Shown: positions 10,300 to 20,116 of the stretch, piece by piece
Numbering within the stretch: position 1 is the first letter of the stretch
Layout of the letters: every line of letters starts with the position of its first letter
Source of the DNA: a bacterium
GTDB taxonomy: Bacteria; Patescibacteriota; Saccharimonadia; Saccharimonadales; SZUA-47
Reading direction: 5' to 3'
DNA length: 64,000 bases
Assembly (NCBI GenBank): GCA_030428125.1
Contig: JAUIBF010000001.1
Location: 490,383 to 554,382, forward strand
The notes under the pieces: generated by a model
Database searches by the model: none
Told to the model about the DNA's origin: nothing
What the model saw: the letters and a program-made list of their open reading frames with translations, nothing else
Position numbers and translations under genes: made by a program

Positions 10300-11286
10300 A
10301 TGGCGCGCAAAATAAAAATCTATCGTTACGATGAATCTATAGCTAAAAAATCAAGTTTTAGAAAGTATGTTTTCGTAATTTCTGCAGTGCTCTTTATGGG
10401 TATTGTGTACCTAGCAATTTCTTCAGACGCAGAACAGTCCAGTCAGTTTTCGGACAGCCCAGGGACCGAAACCAGTGAAGCAATAAATACGCCTCACGTA
10501 CTAGATGATATGATTCTGCCGGATGGCGTCGAATCAGCAGTCGGGACCATAAGTGACGGCGTTGTTACCTCTAAAGAATCCGGCAGTCAAATACCGATGG
10601 CAAGCATCACAAAAATTGTAACTTCACTGGTTGTGCTTGAGAAAGCACCTATTGAGCCCGGTGCACATGGCGACACTATTGAACTTCAAGCAAAAGACGA
10701 AGATTACTACTGGAAGTACGCCGCTATTCAAGGCACAATTACACCAGTTACTGCCGGATACACTATGACCCAGTACGAGGTTTTACAGACTTTACTGCTA
10801 CCTTCGTCTAACAATATGTCCGACACGCTAGTAGATTACTACTTTGAGTCAATGGATGAATTCCTAGATGTTGCAAACAAGTACTTAAACGAAAATGGGA
10901 TTACAAATACTAGAATCGTCGACGCAACAGGATTCTCGCCGGAAAGCGTTTCTACCCCCTCAGACTTAATTAAACTTGGACAACTTGCACTAAACAACCC
11001 GATTGTCGCAGAAATAGTAGCCCAACCTAAAGCGACTGTTGCAGTTGCAGGAGAAATACAAAACTATAATATCTTAATTGAAGAACCTGGCATCACCGGT
11101 ATTAAGCCAGGCTTCACCGATGAGGCTGGTATATGTTTGCTATTCTCGTCAAAAATACCTACAGCGAGTGGAGGAGAGGTAGATTTAATAGCTGTGGTAA
11201 TGGGAGGCAAAGATCGTGGTGAGTTTTACAAGAACACCCAATTAATCCTGGACCAGGCTAAAAAACTCTACGCCAACCAACCCTAG
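10300..11286 (+). CDS. serine-type D-Ala-D-Ala carboxypeptidase (peptidase S11, PBP5-like)
   Basis: SxxK (ASITKIV), SxN (PSSNNMS) and K[TP]G-like (IKPGFTDEAG) motifs in correct order; N-terminal membrane anchor. Confidence 0.75.
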   Translation: MARKIKIYRYDESIAKKSSFRKYVFVISAVLFMGIVYLAISSDAEQSSQFSDSPGTETSEAINTPHVLDDMILPDGVESAVGTISDGVVTSKESGSQIPMASITKIVTSLVVLEKAPIEPGAHGDTIELQAKDEDYYWKYAAIQGTITPVTAGYTMTQYEVLQTLLLPSSNNMSDTLVDYYFESMDEFLDVANKYLNENGITNTRIVDATGFSPESVSTPSDLIKLGQLALNNPIVAEIVAQPKATVAVAGEIQNYNILIEEPGITGIKPGFTDEAGICLLFSSKIPTASGGEVDLIAVVMGGKDRGEFYKNTQLILDQAKKLYANQP

Positions 11287-11287
11287 A

Positions 11288-12937
11288 CTAGTCCATTAAT
11301 CCAAAATGAACGCTTTTTTGACCACTAAAAATCATTATCAGTTGTCTTTCTGTACCGTATCTTCTAAACACATCATTAATTTCACGGATTGCTCTCCTAA
11401 CTGCTGAACTGTTGATTTCTTTTAAGTCTCCAAATCTTGGGTCCTTTAATTTTTCAAGCATAGTTTCGAGATTCATTCTCGTCCCAGGTTCTTCTTCTGC
11501 GGCGACGTATAGTAAAGCTGCGGCTTGATCTGAAAGCCCATACTGTGCATTACCTTTGATACTTACTGTTGGCGCTTCTTCCTCATAAGTCTTAAATGAT
11601 AAACCCCATTCTTCATGTCTCTCAAAACTAGTAGGTTCAACTGTAGCTTCTGGCACTGCTGCCTCAGCATCTTTAGTAACTTTTGGCCTGTCAGGTACGA
11701 TAACTTTAGGCTTAGCGACAACAGCACGTCTTTCAATAGGTGGTGTATCGGGTTCTTCGGTTGCTTCTCGACCTCTTAACTGCGCAAGTCTGGTCGATAA
11801 ATCTCCTAGTCTACCAACGAGCTCATTTGCTCGTCCTTGTGCTTCTTGTAATAACTCCGCCATCACTGGAGTTACTTCTTCGTCTCTAGATAAAGAAGCG
11901 TCAACTCTTTCTATAACATTTTCTATGGTTGTTGCTGCGGTTGCCAATACTGCGCCACCTTTATATCTTGGATCGTGCCGTCTTCTTAGTGCTTTTTTCG
12001 TAGTCTCTCCATATGCCGGCTCCCACGTATCCCAGTTGATATCAGAGATAAAGGCAGCAGCAGCCTCAACTGTTTCATAACCACCTACGCTTTTACACAG
12101 AGCTTTAACCTTTGGTCCAGTTAAGTTCCGTTGCATCGCAGCAGACATAACCAGGTTTTGCATAGGGAAATTATCTGGTAACTCTTCTGAAAATATTTTA
12201 ATTATTGCTTGAGTAGGTGCATCTAGAGTTTTTCCGTCTTTTTTCTCTCGTGTTGAGTGAACGAGAGCAGGGTCGACATGTTCTGCTATTTTCAAATGAC
12301 TATGGATTGTCATAGCCTTCATTTGCCACTGTTGCTCTTTACGTTCTGCCCAAGCTTTTGCTTCTGCAACTACATCTGCATCAAGTCCTAATTTTGAGCC
12401 ATCAGTCTTAAATCTATATAACAATACAGCTTGTTCAACGGACAATTGCTCAGACATTTCTGTAAGTGCCCAAACTTCACGTATCCACGAAACAACTCTA
12501 GAGAACCTTACGTGAGCATGGTCTTTGGCGGTAAATATTCTTAAATCAAATAACTCATCCCAGTCAGTCTGCTTTATAGTTGCATAAATACGCTCTTCGC
12601 CATTTCGTTTTAAGCTAGCGTCTCTGTGAAACCCGTCAATAATCTTTAAAGTTTCTTCGCCTTCGATTTCACCAAGAATAATGGGTGTCAACTGCCCACT
12701 ACCACCATCGCGCTCGTTAATGGCGCGCATATCTGCGGCTAGCGAATCAACCCATTCTTCTTTTACCGGAACTTCTTCGTGGTCGATAAGTTCAGTTGGA
12801 ACCCAACAATCTACTAGACCACCTTCGCGGATGCCGATAACTTCAACTTGAGATAATAGTCCAAAATGTGCGTGCTGTGGCGGGGCGTGTCGTTCTGGAG
12901 CGGTATCTAATTCGGAAGTCCATGGCTCAGCACTCAT
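11288..12937 (-). CDS. ParB/sulfiredoxin-fold (ParB-like nuclease domain) protein, long C-terminal extension
   Basis: N-terminal region PVKEEWVDSLAADM...LTPIILGE...LKIIDGFHRDASL matches the ParB N-terminal domain pattern with DGxHR box; remaining ~400 aa unassigned. Confidence 0.55.
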   Translation of the reverse strand: MSAEPWTSELDTAPERHAPPQHAHFGLLSQVEVIGIREGGLVDCWVPTELIDHEEVPVKEEWVDSLAADMRAINERDGGSGQLTPIILGEIEGEETLKIIDGFHRDASLKRNGEERIYATIKQTDWDELFDLRIFTAKDHAHVRFSRVVSWIREVWALTEMSEQLSVEQAVLLYRFKTDGSKLGLDADVVAEAKAWAERKEQQWQMKAMTIHSHLKIAEHVDPALVHSTREKKDGKTLDAPTQAIIKIFSEELPDNFPMQNLVMSAAMQRNLTGPKVKALCKSVGGYETVEAAAAFISDINWDTWEPAYGETTKKALRRRHDPRYKGGAVLATAATTIENVIERVDASLSRDEEVTPVMAELLQEAQGRANELVGRLGDLSTRLAQLRGREATEEPDTPPIERRAVVAKPKVIVPDRPKVTKDAEAAVPEATVEPTSFERHEEWGLSFKTYEEEAPTVSIKGNAQYGLSDQAAALLYVAAEEEPGTRMNLETMLEKLKDPRFGDLKEINSSAVRRAIREINDVFRRYGTERQLIMIFSGQKSVHFGLMD

Positions 12938-13019
12938 GTATCTGAGATTAAAGCATAACGTGTAAATTACAAAATTATTTTCTAATTTAGCTGAATTTTC
13001 CTAAGTAAGGACAACGATT

Positions 13020-13832
13020 TTAGTTAACGTTTTTCTTACGGTATACATAAGCAGCGATTGGAATTGACAGCACAATCGCTCCAACACACCATGCGACTGA
13101 AGTCCATAAGTAATTTTCAACAGGGAAGCCTAAGAACAATGCGCGCACTGCTTCAATGACTTGTGTTATTGGCTGATTTTCAGCAAAGACTTTCAGTGCC
13201 CATGGCATACCTTCTGTTGGTACGAACGCCGAACTCGCGAATGTTAGAGGAAAGATTATTATGAAGGTTAACCACTGCACAGCCTCAACGCTTTTAGCAA
13301 TGATTCCCATAATCGCCATCAACCACGAAAAGGCGAGAGTGAATAGCAATAATATTCCTGCGATAACCAACCACTCAACAAAATTTGCTTGAGGCCTAAA
13401 CCCAATAATAATTCCGACAATTATCATGACAGCTGTTGAGAAACCATTTCTAAATACATCAGATATCACGTGTCCGTTTAGTACTGCTAAATTATTCATT
13501 GGCAGGGAACGAAATCTGTCTACGATACCTTTCTGCAGATCGTTACAAATCGCAATCGCTGTTGTGGTAGAACCGAATGCTACAGTCTGAACAATAATTC
13601 CAGCCATCAAGAAACTTAAATAACTGACTCCCTCCGGAAGGCCCAGTTCGATAGCCCCTCCGAAAACGGCAACGAACAGAACCAAAAACATTATAGGCTG
13701 GAAGAATGTTCCAAGTAACTGGTCAATGTTCCGTAATATATGCCGGCTACTACGTTTAATCATTATTAAGCTATCACGAAAAGCCAAAGATGCTTTAGAA
13801 GCCTCAACGAATTCAAGTTTTGTCTTCATCAA
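13020..13832 (-). CDS. ABC-2 type exporter permease
   Basis: 270 aa, 6 TM segments, 4-nt overlap with the upstream ABC ATPase; DrrB-like organisation. Confidence 0.75.
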   Translation of the reverse strand: MMKTKLEFVEASKASLAFRDSLIMIKRSSRHILRNIDQLLGTFFQPIMFLVLFVAVFGGAIELGLPEGVSYLSFLMAGIIVQTVAFGSTTTAIAICNDLQKGIVDRFRSLPMNNLAVLNGHVISDVFRNGFSTAVMIIVGIIIGFRPQANFVEWLVIAGILLLFTLAFSWLMAIMGIIAKSVEAVQWLTFIIIFPLTFASSAFVPTEGMPWALKVFAENQPITQVIEAVRALFLGFPVENYLWTSVAWCVGAIVLSIPIAAYVYRKKNVN

Positions 13833-14764
13833 TCTTCCTTTCCTTTACCCGTAACACTCAAGAACACGTCATCTAGTGTCGGTTTGTGTATGCCCATGCT
13901 ATCAATCTTGATTTTATCTTTTGCTAACTTATCTAAAATTCCACGTACGTCTTTGTTGGTGTCTTTTATCGGCAGAGACAATTTCAGTTCTTTTTCATCG
14001 ACCTCTAGGCCTTTAGCTTTGATAACTGAGGTTGCGTTATTTAAAACTTTTATGGTGTTGAACGTCAACTCTAATCTGTCACTGCCAATCTTACTTTTAA
14101 GTTGATTAGCACTTCCTTCTGCAATAACTTTACCGTTATCGATAACTATGATGTTATCTGCAAGCTGATCAGCTTCTTCTAGATATTGTGTCGTGAGCAA
14201 TATGGTTGTTCCGTCTTTAACGAGTTGCTCAATAATTCGCCACATTGCCAAACGAGAACGTGGATCTAGCCCAGTCGTAGGTTCGTCCAAAAAAATTAAT
14301 GGTGGCGCAGCAATTAAGCTAACGGCCAAATCTAGACGCCTTCGCATGCCTCCAGAATAGGTTTTAGCTGGTCTGTCGGCCGCATCAACCAAATCAAAAT
14401 CTTCTAACAATTCTTGTGCTCTCTCTTTAGCGCTATTGTGTGTCAGACGATACAAACGACCCATCATTATCAAGTTTTCTCGGCCTGTTAACAGTTCATC
14501 TACAGCAGCGGCCTGACCTGTGAGCCCAATCATACTCCGAACTTTATCAGCATCCTTTTTAACGTCATTCCCACCAACTTGCACAGAGCCCTTGTCGTAA
14601 CTTAGCAGTGTACTTAGTATGCGAACTGTGGTTGTTTTACCAGCGCCATTTGGCCCAAGCAACGCCAGAATTGTACCTTTTTTGACAGAAAAGTTAACAC
14701 CCTTAAGAACTTCTACTTTTCCATAACTTTTATGTAAATTATTAACCGTAATCGTGTCAGCCAA
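13829..14764 (-). CDS. ABC transporter ATP-binding protein (DrrA-like)
   Basis: Walker A GPNGAGKTT, signature YSGGMRRRL, Walker B IFLDEPTTGLD, H-loop region. Confidence 0.9.
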   Translation of the reverse strand: MADTITVNNLHKSYGKVEVLKGVNFSVKKGTILALLGPNGAGKTTTVRILSTLLSYDKGSVQVGGNDVKKDADKVRSMIGLTGQAAAVDELLTGRENLIMMGRLYRLTHNSAKERAQELLEDFDLVDAADRPAKTYSGGMRRRLDLAVSLIAAPPLIFLDEPTTGLDPRSRLAMWRIIEQLVKDGTTILLTTQYLEEADQLADNIIVIDNGKVIAEGSANQLKSKIGSDRLELTFNTIKVLNNATSVIKAKGLEVDEKELKLSLPIKDTNKDVRGILDKLAKDKIKIDSMGIHKPTLDDVFLSVTGKGKED

Positions 14765-14852
14765 TTTTCTTATCCCTGTTATTACTATAAATAGTATAAA
14801 GCACCACCTAAAAGTTTCCTATGTGATTTTACTTGTTGCTAATATATATCTA

Positions 14853-15977
14853 ATGACAAAGAAAATTTTAATTCTAGCACTGATAATTGTTGCCGCGTTG
14901 GCGATTACAATTTTTTTGTTCCGCGACAAAATTTATAAGCAATATTTCAAACCAACAGACACTACCATTCCTCAGGGTCTAGTCAACGAGGAAGTCGAAG
15001 AAGAATTGGTAATTCTAGCAGAAAATCTAGACGTGCCCTGGGACGTCATAGAGCTGCCTGGGGGTGACTTACTGGTTAGTGAACGAAGTGGTTCGATAGT
15101 GCGCATAAGTGATAATCAAACTTATTCAGTTGACGGAGTCATTGAAAGTGGCGAGGGAGGACTTTTAGGTATAACTTTGGATCCCGACTTCGAAAGAAAT
15201 AGCTACATATATATTTACAGCACTACCGAAACCGAAAACGGACTAACAAATAGGATTGAAAAATACACTTTTGACAATAATTCTCTCGTCAACCAAATGA
15301 CACTACTTGATGAAATCCCAGGTGCCAGCTATCACGACGGTGGGGCATTAGCTTTTGGACCAGATGGCTACCTTTACGCAACAACTGGCGATGCGGGCAT
15401 ACCTGATTCAGCTCAAGACATTGATTCACTTTCGGGTAAAATTTTGCGAATGGATTCTGAAGGCAATCAGATACCTGACAATCCGTTCAATAATTATGTG
15501 TATAGTTATGGTCATCGAAATCCTCAAGGAATTGCCTGGGATAACGAGGGCAGGCTCTGGTCTACTGAACACGGCCCATCAGGGTTAGAATCTGGATATG
15601 ACGAAATTAATCTAATTCAAGCTGGCGGTAATTATGGCTGGCCGGAAATTAAGGGCGATGAAGCTCAAGACGGAATGATTCGACCAGTTGCTCATTCTGG
15701 AGCAGATGACACTTGGGCTCCGGCTAGCTTGACCTTTGTAGATGGTTCTCTATTTTTTGGTGGCTTGCGTGGCCAAACTCTGTACCAAGCAAAAATAGCA
15801 AGCAGTGGCAAGCTTGACCTTGTTGGTCACTTCAGAGAAGAGTTTGGCAGGCTCAGAAACGTAACTGCGATTGATTCTAGACTTTTATTTACAACTTCAA
15901 ACACCGATGGCCGTGGTGATGAAAACCCGAACGATGACAAACTCTATAGTGTCAGTTTGACTCAATTCAATCGATAA
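14853..15977 (+). CDS. PQQ-dependent sugar (glucose/sorbosone) dehydrogenase-like beta-propeller, membrane anchored
   Basis: GLLGITLDPDF, HDGGALAFGPDGYLY, GKILR, GHRNPQGIAWD, NYGWP motifs; start moved to MTKKILILAL (signal/anchor) because the longer ORF overlaps the divergent ABC gene. Confidence 0.7.
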   Translation: MTKKILILALIIVAALAITIFLFRDKIYKQYFKPTDTTIPQGLVNEEVEEELVILAENLDVPWDVIELPGGDLLVSERSGSIVRISDNQTYSVDGVIESGEGGLLGITLDPDFERNSYIYIYSTTETENGLTNRIEKYTFDNNSLVNQMTLLDEIPGASYHDGGALAFGPDGYLYATTGDAGIPDSAQDIDSLSGKILRMDSEGNQIPDNPFNNYVYSYGHRNPQGIAWDNEGRLWSTEHGPSGLESGYDEINLIQAGGNYGWPEIKGDEAQDGMIRPVAHSGADDTWAPASLTFVDGSLFFGGLRGQTLYQAKIASSGKLDLVGHFREEFGRLRNVTAIDSRLLFTTSNTDGRGDENPNDDKLYSVSLTQFNR

Positions 15978-16025
15978 TCTTTTCTTGGCTGAGTCGGAGG
16001 GATGGATAACAGAACTACTAGTAAG

Positions 16026-16100
16026 TGGCTGGGATGGAGGGATTCGAACCCCCGAATGCCAGGACCAAAACCTGGTGCCTTACCACTTGGCCACATCCCA
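16026..16100 (-). tRNA. tRNA-Gln (anticodon UUG), CCA encoded
   Basis: Hand-folded cloverleaf: 7-bp acceptor with U1-A72, G73 discriminator, 5-bp anticodon stem CCAGG/CCTGG, loop TTTTGGT (anticodon TTG), T-arm GGGGG-TTCGAAT-CCCTC, 3' CCA. Confidence 0.9.
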
Positions 16101-16256
16101 ATGTAGCCACTTATTAATATTCCTTATTGTTAACGTTTGGATGGCTGAGTATACTCGGCGAAACGAGTCACCAAACGCCTCAAGATTATACCGAAAACAG
16201 AGATAAAAAGCTAGTGTGGTATTGACTTTTTATTCCGTTTATGCTATTATCAAGTA

Positions 16257-16715
16257 ATGAGTCAGGACACTTCTCTAGAATTAAATGGCTTGGGGTTTAA
16301 AGACGTTGTTGACTGCGACACATGCACATCTGCCTGTTGCAGATCTGGGGTAAAAATACCCCTAAAAACTGCAGAGAAAAAACAGCTAGAGGAGCGAGGA
16401 ACTACATTTGGCGAGGTAGAGCAGCCACATTTCGGTACACGTACGCGCAAGTTTAGCAGAGCAATTACTGCCGTTGCTGTACACATCAGACCGAAACAAG
16501 AAGAACCTATTTACTACGAGATGCTAAGCGACTGCGGGAACTTAACGGTAGATGCTGAAGGGCAGAGCATGTGCAGCGACTACGATAACAGACCCGACAT
16601 CTGTCTATCTTTTCAGGCTGGCAATTTTGCTTGTCGCTCCTTGAGAGTCAAAGCAGGAGTGGACACTCCACGTGAACTTGAAATCTGGAAAGATTTCAAA
16701 AAAATTGACTGCTAG
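16257..16715 (+). CDS. YkgJ-type cysteine-cluster (putative Fe-S/zinc) protein
   Basis: CDTCTSACCRSG (CxxCxxxCC) near N-terminus plus C-terminal Cys residues, as in the UPF0153/YkgJ family. Confidence 0.5.
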   Translation: MSQDTSLELNGLGFKDVVDCDTCTSACCRSGVKIPLKTAEKKQLEERGTTFGEVEQPHFGTRTRKFSRAITAVAVHIRPKQEEPIYYEMLSDCGNLTVDAEGQSMCSDYDNRPDICLSFQAGNFACRSLRVKAGVDTPRELEIWKDFKKIDC

Positions 16716-17188
16716 TTTGTTGACGCGTCAGGCGTTTGTTGCGTAGTGGTGTCACTTGAATCATCTTCTGCGTCTTCTAACTGTTCACGCAGATCTGTGT
16801 TTTCTTGCTCTAGACGGGCATTCTCTTGCTGAAGTTCGCTAATTTCGTTATCTTTTTCCTCCAGCATAGAGTCACTAGCACCATCTCTAGCTTCTTGCAA
16901 TTGACGATTCAGATCATCCACCTGACTCTGCAATGCTTCGTCGCCAGAGTTGCTTGAACCATCATTATTTCCAAAGATATAACCAATACCTCCGCCTATC
17001 AGGAGCGCCAACACAACCAACACTACCCATACTGCTTTACCACCACCAGAGCTAGCTTGAGCTTGACTGTTTTTTTCAGGCATTTGCTCCTGCACTGGCT
17101 CGTTAGGTGTACTGGTCATTTCTGTTGACCTGGTTTCTTCTAAGCCCATGTCTGTTTCTGTGTTTGGAGTTTTTGATTCATCTTCCAT
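16712..17188 (-). CDS. membrane-anchored coiled-coil protein
   Basis: 158 aa; central TM (VWVVLVVLALLIGGGIGYIF) followed by heptad-like acidic coiled coil (LQQENARLEQENTDLREQLED). Confidence 0.45.
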   Translation of the reverse strand: MEDESKTPNTETDMGLEETRSTEMTSTPNEPVQEQMPEKNSQAQASSGGGKAVWVVLVVLALLIGGGIGYIFGNNDGSSNSGDEALQSQVDDLNRQLQEARDGASDSMLEEKDNEISELQQENARLEQENTDLREQLEDAEDDSSDTTTQQTPDASTN

Positions 17189-17252
17189 AACTCACATCCC
17201 TCTAATTATTTGTAACTAAAGTATAACGCTAATGTAAAATGTATGTAAACAC

Positions 17253-18254
17253 ATGAAAAAACACACCAAGTATTCACATTACCGTCCGATGGTGTTTGCT
17301 GGATTTGTATCAGGATTGCTCGTAACAGCTACAGCAGGCGCTCTTTTATGGTTTATCGCTCCGTCTAAAACTGCTGACTTTTCTGCTGAACCTGAGTCTG
17401 AGTCACTAATCAAGCTTGAAGAAACTGCAGCGGCAGAAAATATCGAAGAAAAACCGATTGAATTATTCTTTGGTGGCACAGAACTATCGGACGATTTTAG
17501 GTTCTTGGCGCTATATGGGAACCCTGAATATAAATCTTTAGGTGCACTGGGTGAACAACCCTTAAACGATACTTACGATCGCGTAAAAGCTCTCGCTAAA
17601 CAATACCAGGCCTTAACCGATAGTAATGTAATTCCAACGCTAGAGCTGATAACCACCATAGCCTCTGCAGGCCCAACTGACGACGATGATTACTCACAAG
17701 AAATTGAAGCCGACAAGATACTATCCTGGGCTAAAGATGCCGAAAAGAATGATGTTTATCTAGTACTTGATTTGCAACCCGGTAGGGCAACCTTTCTAGA
17801 GCAAGCCAAGGCTTACGAGGAAGTTTTGAGGCTTCCAAACGTTGGTCTGGCACTTGACCCCGAATGGCGGCTACAAAAGAAGACTGACAGACACCTCGTA
17901 AAAGTAGGTAGTGTTAGCTCCAAAGAGATTAATCAAACCAGTGAATGGCTAGCTAATTTTACAAAAGATAATAAACTCCCCCAGAAGATGTTCATAGTTC
18001 ATCAGTTTAAAGATTCAATGATTACCGATCGTGAAAAGCTACGGACTGACAGGGAAGAGTTACTGTATGTTTTACATATGGATGGCCATGGTTCCATGGG
18101 GCAAAAAATTGAAACTTGGAATCGCTTAAAAAAAGATTTACCACAAAACATGCAAATGGCTTGGAAAAACTTCTATGACGAAGACAAGCCGACGCCTACT
18201 CCAAAACATACTATGCTACAAGACCCTCAGCCGGTGTTTGTAAGCTACCAGTAG
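17253..18254 (+). CDS. hypothetical secreted/membrane-anchored protein
   Basis: 333-aa ORF with N-terminal TM; no motif assigned; 3' end overlaps the convergent ORF by 44 nt. Confidence 0.4.
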   Translation: MKKHTKYSHYRPMVFAGFVSGLLVTATAGALLWFIAPSKTADFSAEPESESLIKLEETAAAENIEEKPIELFFGGTELSDDFRFLALYGNPEYKSLGALGEQPLNDTYDRVKALAKQYQALTDSNVIPTLELITTIASAGPTDDDDYSQEIEADKILSWAKDAEKNDVYLVLDLQPGRATFLEQAKAYEEVLRLPNVGLALDPEWRLQKKTDRHLVKVGSVSSKEINQTSEWLANFTKDNKLPQKMFIVHQFKDSMITDREKLRTDREELLYVLHMDGHGSMGQKIETWNRLKKDLPQNMQMAWKNFYDEDKPTPTPKHTMLQDPQPVFVSYQ

Positions 18255-18924
18255 AAACTGCGCCACCCGGTAAGCGTGCGATTTGAACTTTTGCAAAATC
18301 AGGAACTTCGGCAGCTCTTGAACGTAACATGTTACGTCTTGTACCTAAATCAGTCACAACAGACCCAACTATCGTTGCGGGAATAACTTCTATGCCTGCT
18401 ACATCTTCAACCATCCCGGAATACTCAACAGCACCTTCTTCGAATCTTTCTAACCGTTCTTGAAATACACCTTCACCGAATGTTCTAACCCGGCTAACTA
18501 ACCTGTCATCATAAATGCTATTTATCTGCTGCGACATGTCGTTTAATAGCACCTCTAGCCTAGTCAGCGTATTCGATTCTTCGAGCCACCGAACTGCTGC
18601 CTCTTCCCGCATTAGTCTCGTATATTTATATAAATTATGCCATGCTGTTGGATGCACCGAGTTGTGACGGCAACGAGCCATCGTTATGATCGAATGACGG
18701 TCATTAACAAGCTCATTATAAGGATATCCTAATGCTAAATGTGCTAAGTGTTCAAAAAATATATGATGTCTTGTAGGTCCACAGTCTCTGGTTTCAAGAT
18801 AAGGACATTCTTCTCCCACACAGCCTCTTTTTCGTGGAGGCACAGGCGCCAAGGTAGGTTCGTAGTAAGGAGCTGGTTGACCCTCTCGAACAACTTCTAA
18901 ACTTTTTGTTTTCCAATCCGACAC
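18211..18924 (-). CDS. hypothetical protein with HNH-like Cys/His motif
   Basis: CVGEECPY...TRHHIFFEH...NDRHSIITMARCRHNSVH resembles CxxC...HH...N...CxxxxxH of HNH nucleases; C-terminal half unassigned. Confidence 0.35.
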   Translation of the reverse strand: MSDWKTKSLEVVREGQPAPYYEPTLAPVPPRKRGCVGEECPYLETRDCGPTRHHIFFEHLAHLALGYPYNELVNDRHSIITMARCRHNSVHPTAWHNLYKYTRLMREEAAVRWLEESNTLTRLEVLLNDMSQQINSIYDDRLVSRVRTFGEGVFQERLERFEEGAVEYSGMVEDVAGIEVIPATIVGSVVTDLGTRRNMLRSRAAEVPDFAKVQIARLPGGAVSTGSLQTPAEGLVA

Positions 18925-18967
18925 TTTTGAGTGTAAAACACAAGCTTGTTACGTAAAGTGATTTATC

Positions 18968-20044
18968 TCACAAAACTAACATTGCATCGCCGAAACTATA
19001 GAATCTATACTTATTTGCGATTGCATGGTCGTAAATTTTCTGCATTTCAGACTCACTTCCAACCAATGCCTCCACCATCAAAAGCAGAGAAGTGCCCGGC
19101 AAATGGAAGTTAGTAATCAATGAATCAACTTTTTTGAACTCATATCCTGGCTGAATAAAGATATCTGTATCCCCAGACACCTCACTGTACAAGGTCGGTC
19201 CCGAAGAAATCCGGTGTATTTCTGAGTTCTCTATGCTCGGCTGAGCGAGATGCTTTAGCTCTCGAGCGAGCATTAAAGCTGGTACATTACTTCTGTTAGC
19301 AAAGGTCTCAAGCGTACGCGCACTAGTAGTCCCTACGGCTGTGATATGACCAGCTTCAGCAATTATTTGGTGATTTTCTGCATCTACCACGAACCACTCA
19401 CTATGCAGTTTGCCGGTTTTGTAATTATCGTCTGTCAGGTTAGCAAATGTTCCGAGCCCCACGTGCAGAGTTACTTCTGCGTATCCAAAATCACTTTTAA
19501 GTTTTCCTAGCAAATTATCAGTGAAGTGCAGCCCTGCAGTAGGTGCTGCCTTAGAACCTAGGGGTTTAGCATAAATCGTTTGGTAATCTTCTGCCAACTC
19601 ATCGTTTTGCATTATGTAAGGAGGCAAGGGAACATGTTCGATTTCTTTTAGTCTTTCATCCTCGTGAGTAATATTCAGTTTTAGTGTACGTATTCCATCT
19701 TCATCAATATTTGTGACTTCAGCAGACAAGAACTCATTAACCTCAACATTAACTCCAAGTTTAAACTTCTTACCCGGACGCACTAACGCTCTAATGGTAT
19801 GAGTATCCAACTTTTCTAATACGAATATCTCGGTTTTACCTTCGTCAAAAAGCCACCTACAATGTTCCACCTTAGAATTATTAACAACTAAGGTAGTATC
19901 TTTTTGCAAATAGGTTGCAATTTCAGAAAACACCGTATCTGTTATTTGACCACTTTTACGGTCATACACCAACAACTTCGCTGAATCTCTAGGATTTGAT
20001 GGCTCTTGTGCTATCAATTCCTCTGGTAGTTCAAAATCTATCAT
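18968..20044 (-). CDS. queA: S-adenosylmethionine:tRNA ribosyltransferase-isomerase
   Basis: N-terminus MIDFELPEELIAQEPSNPRDSAKLLV and C-terminal FYSFGDAMLV are characteristic QueA signatures; length 358 aa. Confidence 0.9.
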   Translation of the reverse strand: MIDFELPEELIAQEPSNPRDSAKLLVYDRKSGQITDTVFSEIATYLQKDTTLVVNNSKVEHCRWLFDEGKTEIFVLEKLDTHTIRALVRPGKKFKLGVNVEVNEFLSAEVTNIDEDGIRTLKLNITHEDERLKEIEHVPLPPYIMQNDELAEDYQTIYAKPLGSKAAPTAGLHFTDNLLGKLKSDFGYAEVTLHVGLGTFANLTDDNYKTGKLHSEWFVVDAENHQIIAEAGHITAVGTTSARTLETFANRSNVPALMLARELKHLAQPSIENSEIHRISSGPTLYSEVSGDTDIFIQPGYEFKKVDSLITNFHLPGTSLLLMVEALVGSESEMQKIYDHAIANKYRFYSFGDAMLVL

Positions 20045-20116
20045 TCAATTGTTTATAACAGATTGTATAGCAAGTGTATAATTGACTTTTTTATATATTT
20101 ATGTCATTGTGTATTG

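Noticed and set aside
14754-14852. N-terminal 33-aa extension of the PQQ-dehydrogenase ORF
   Set aside because: The extension overlaps the divergent ABC ATPase start. The internal MTKKILILALI... gives a proper signal/anchor, so the shorter start is used.
15985-16206. 73-aa plus-strand ORF between the PQQ-dehydrogenase gene and the YkgJ-like gene
   Set aside because: It spans the antisense of a cleanly folding tRNA-Gln, so it is not coding.
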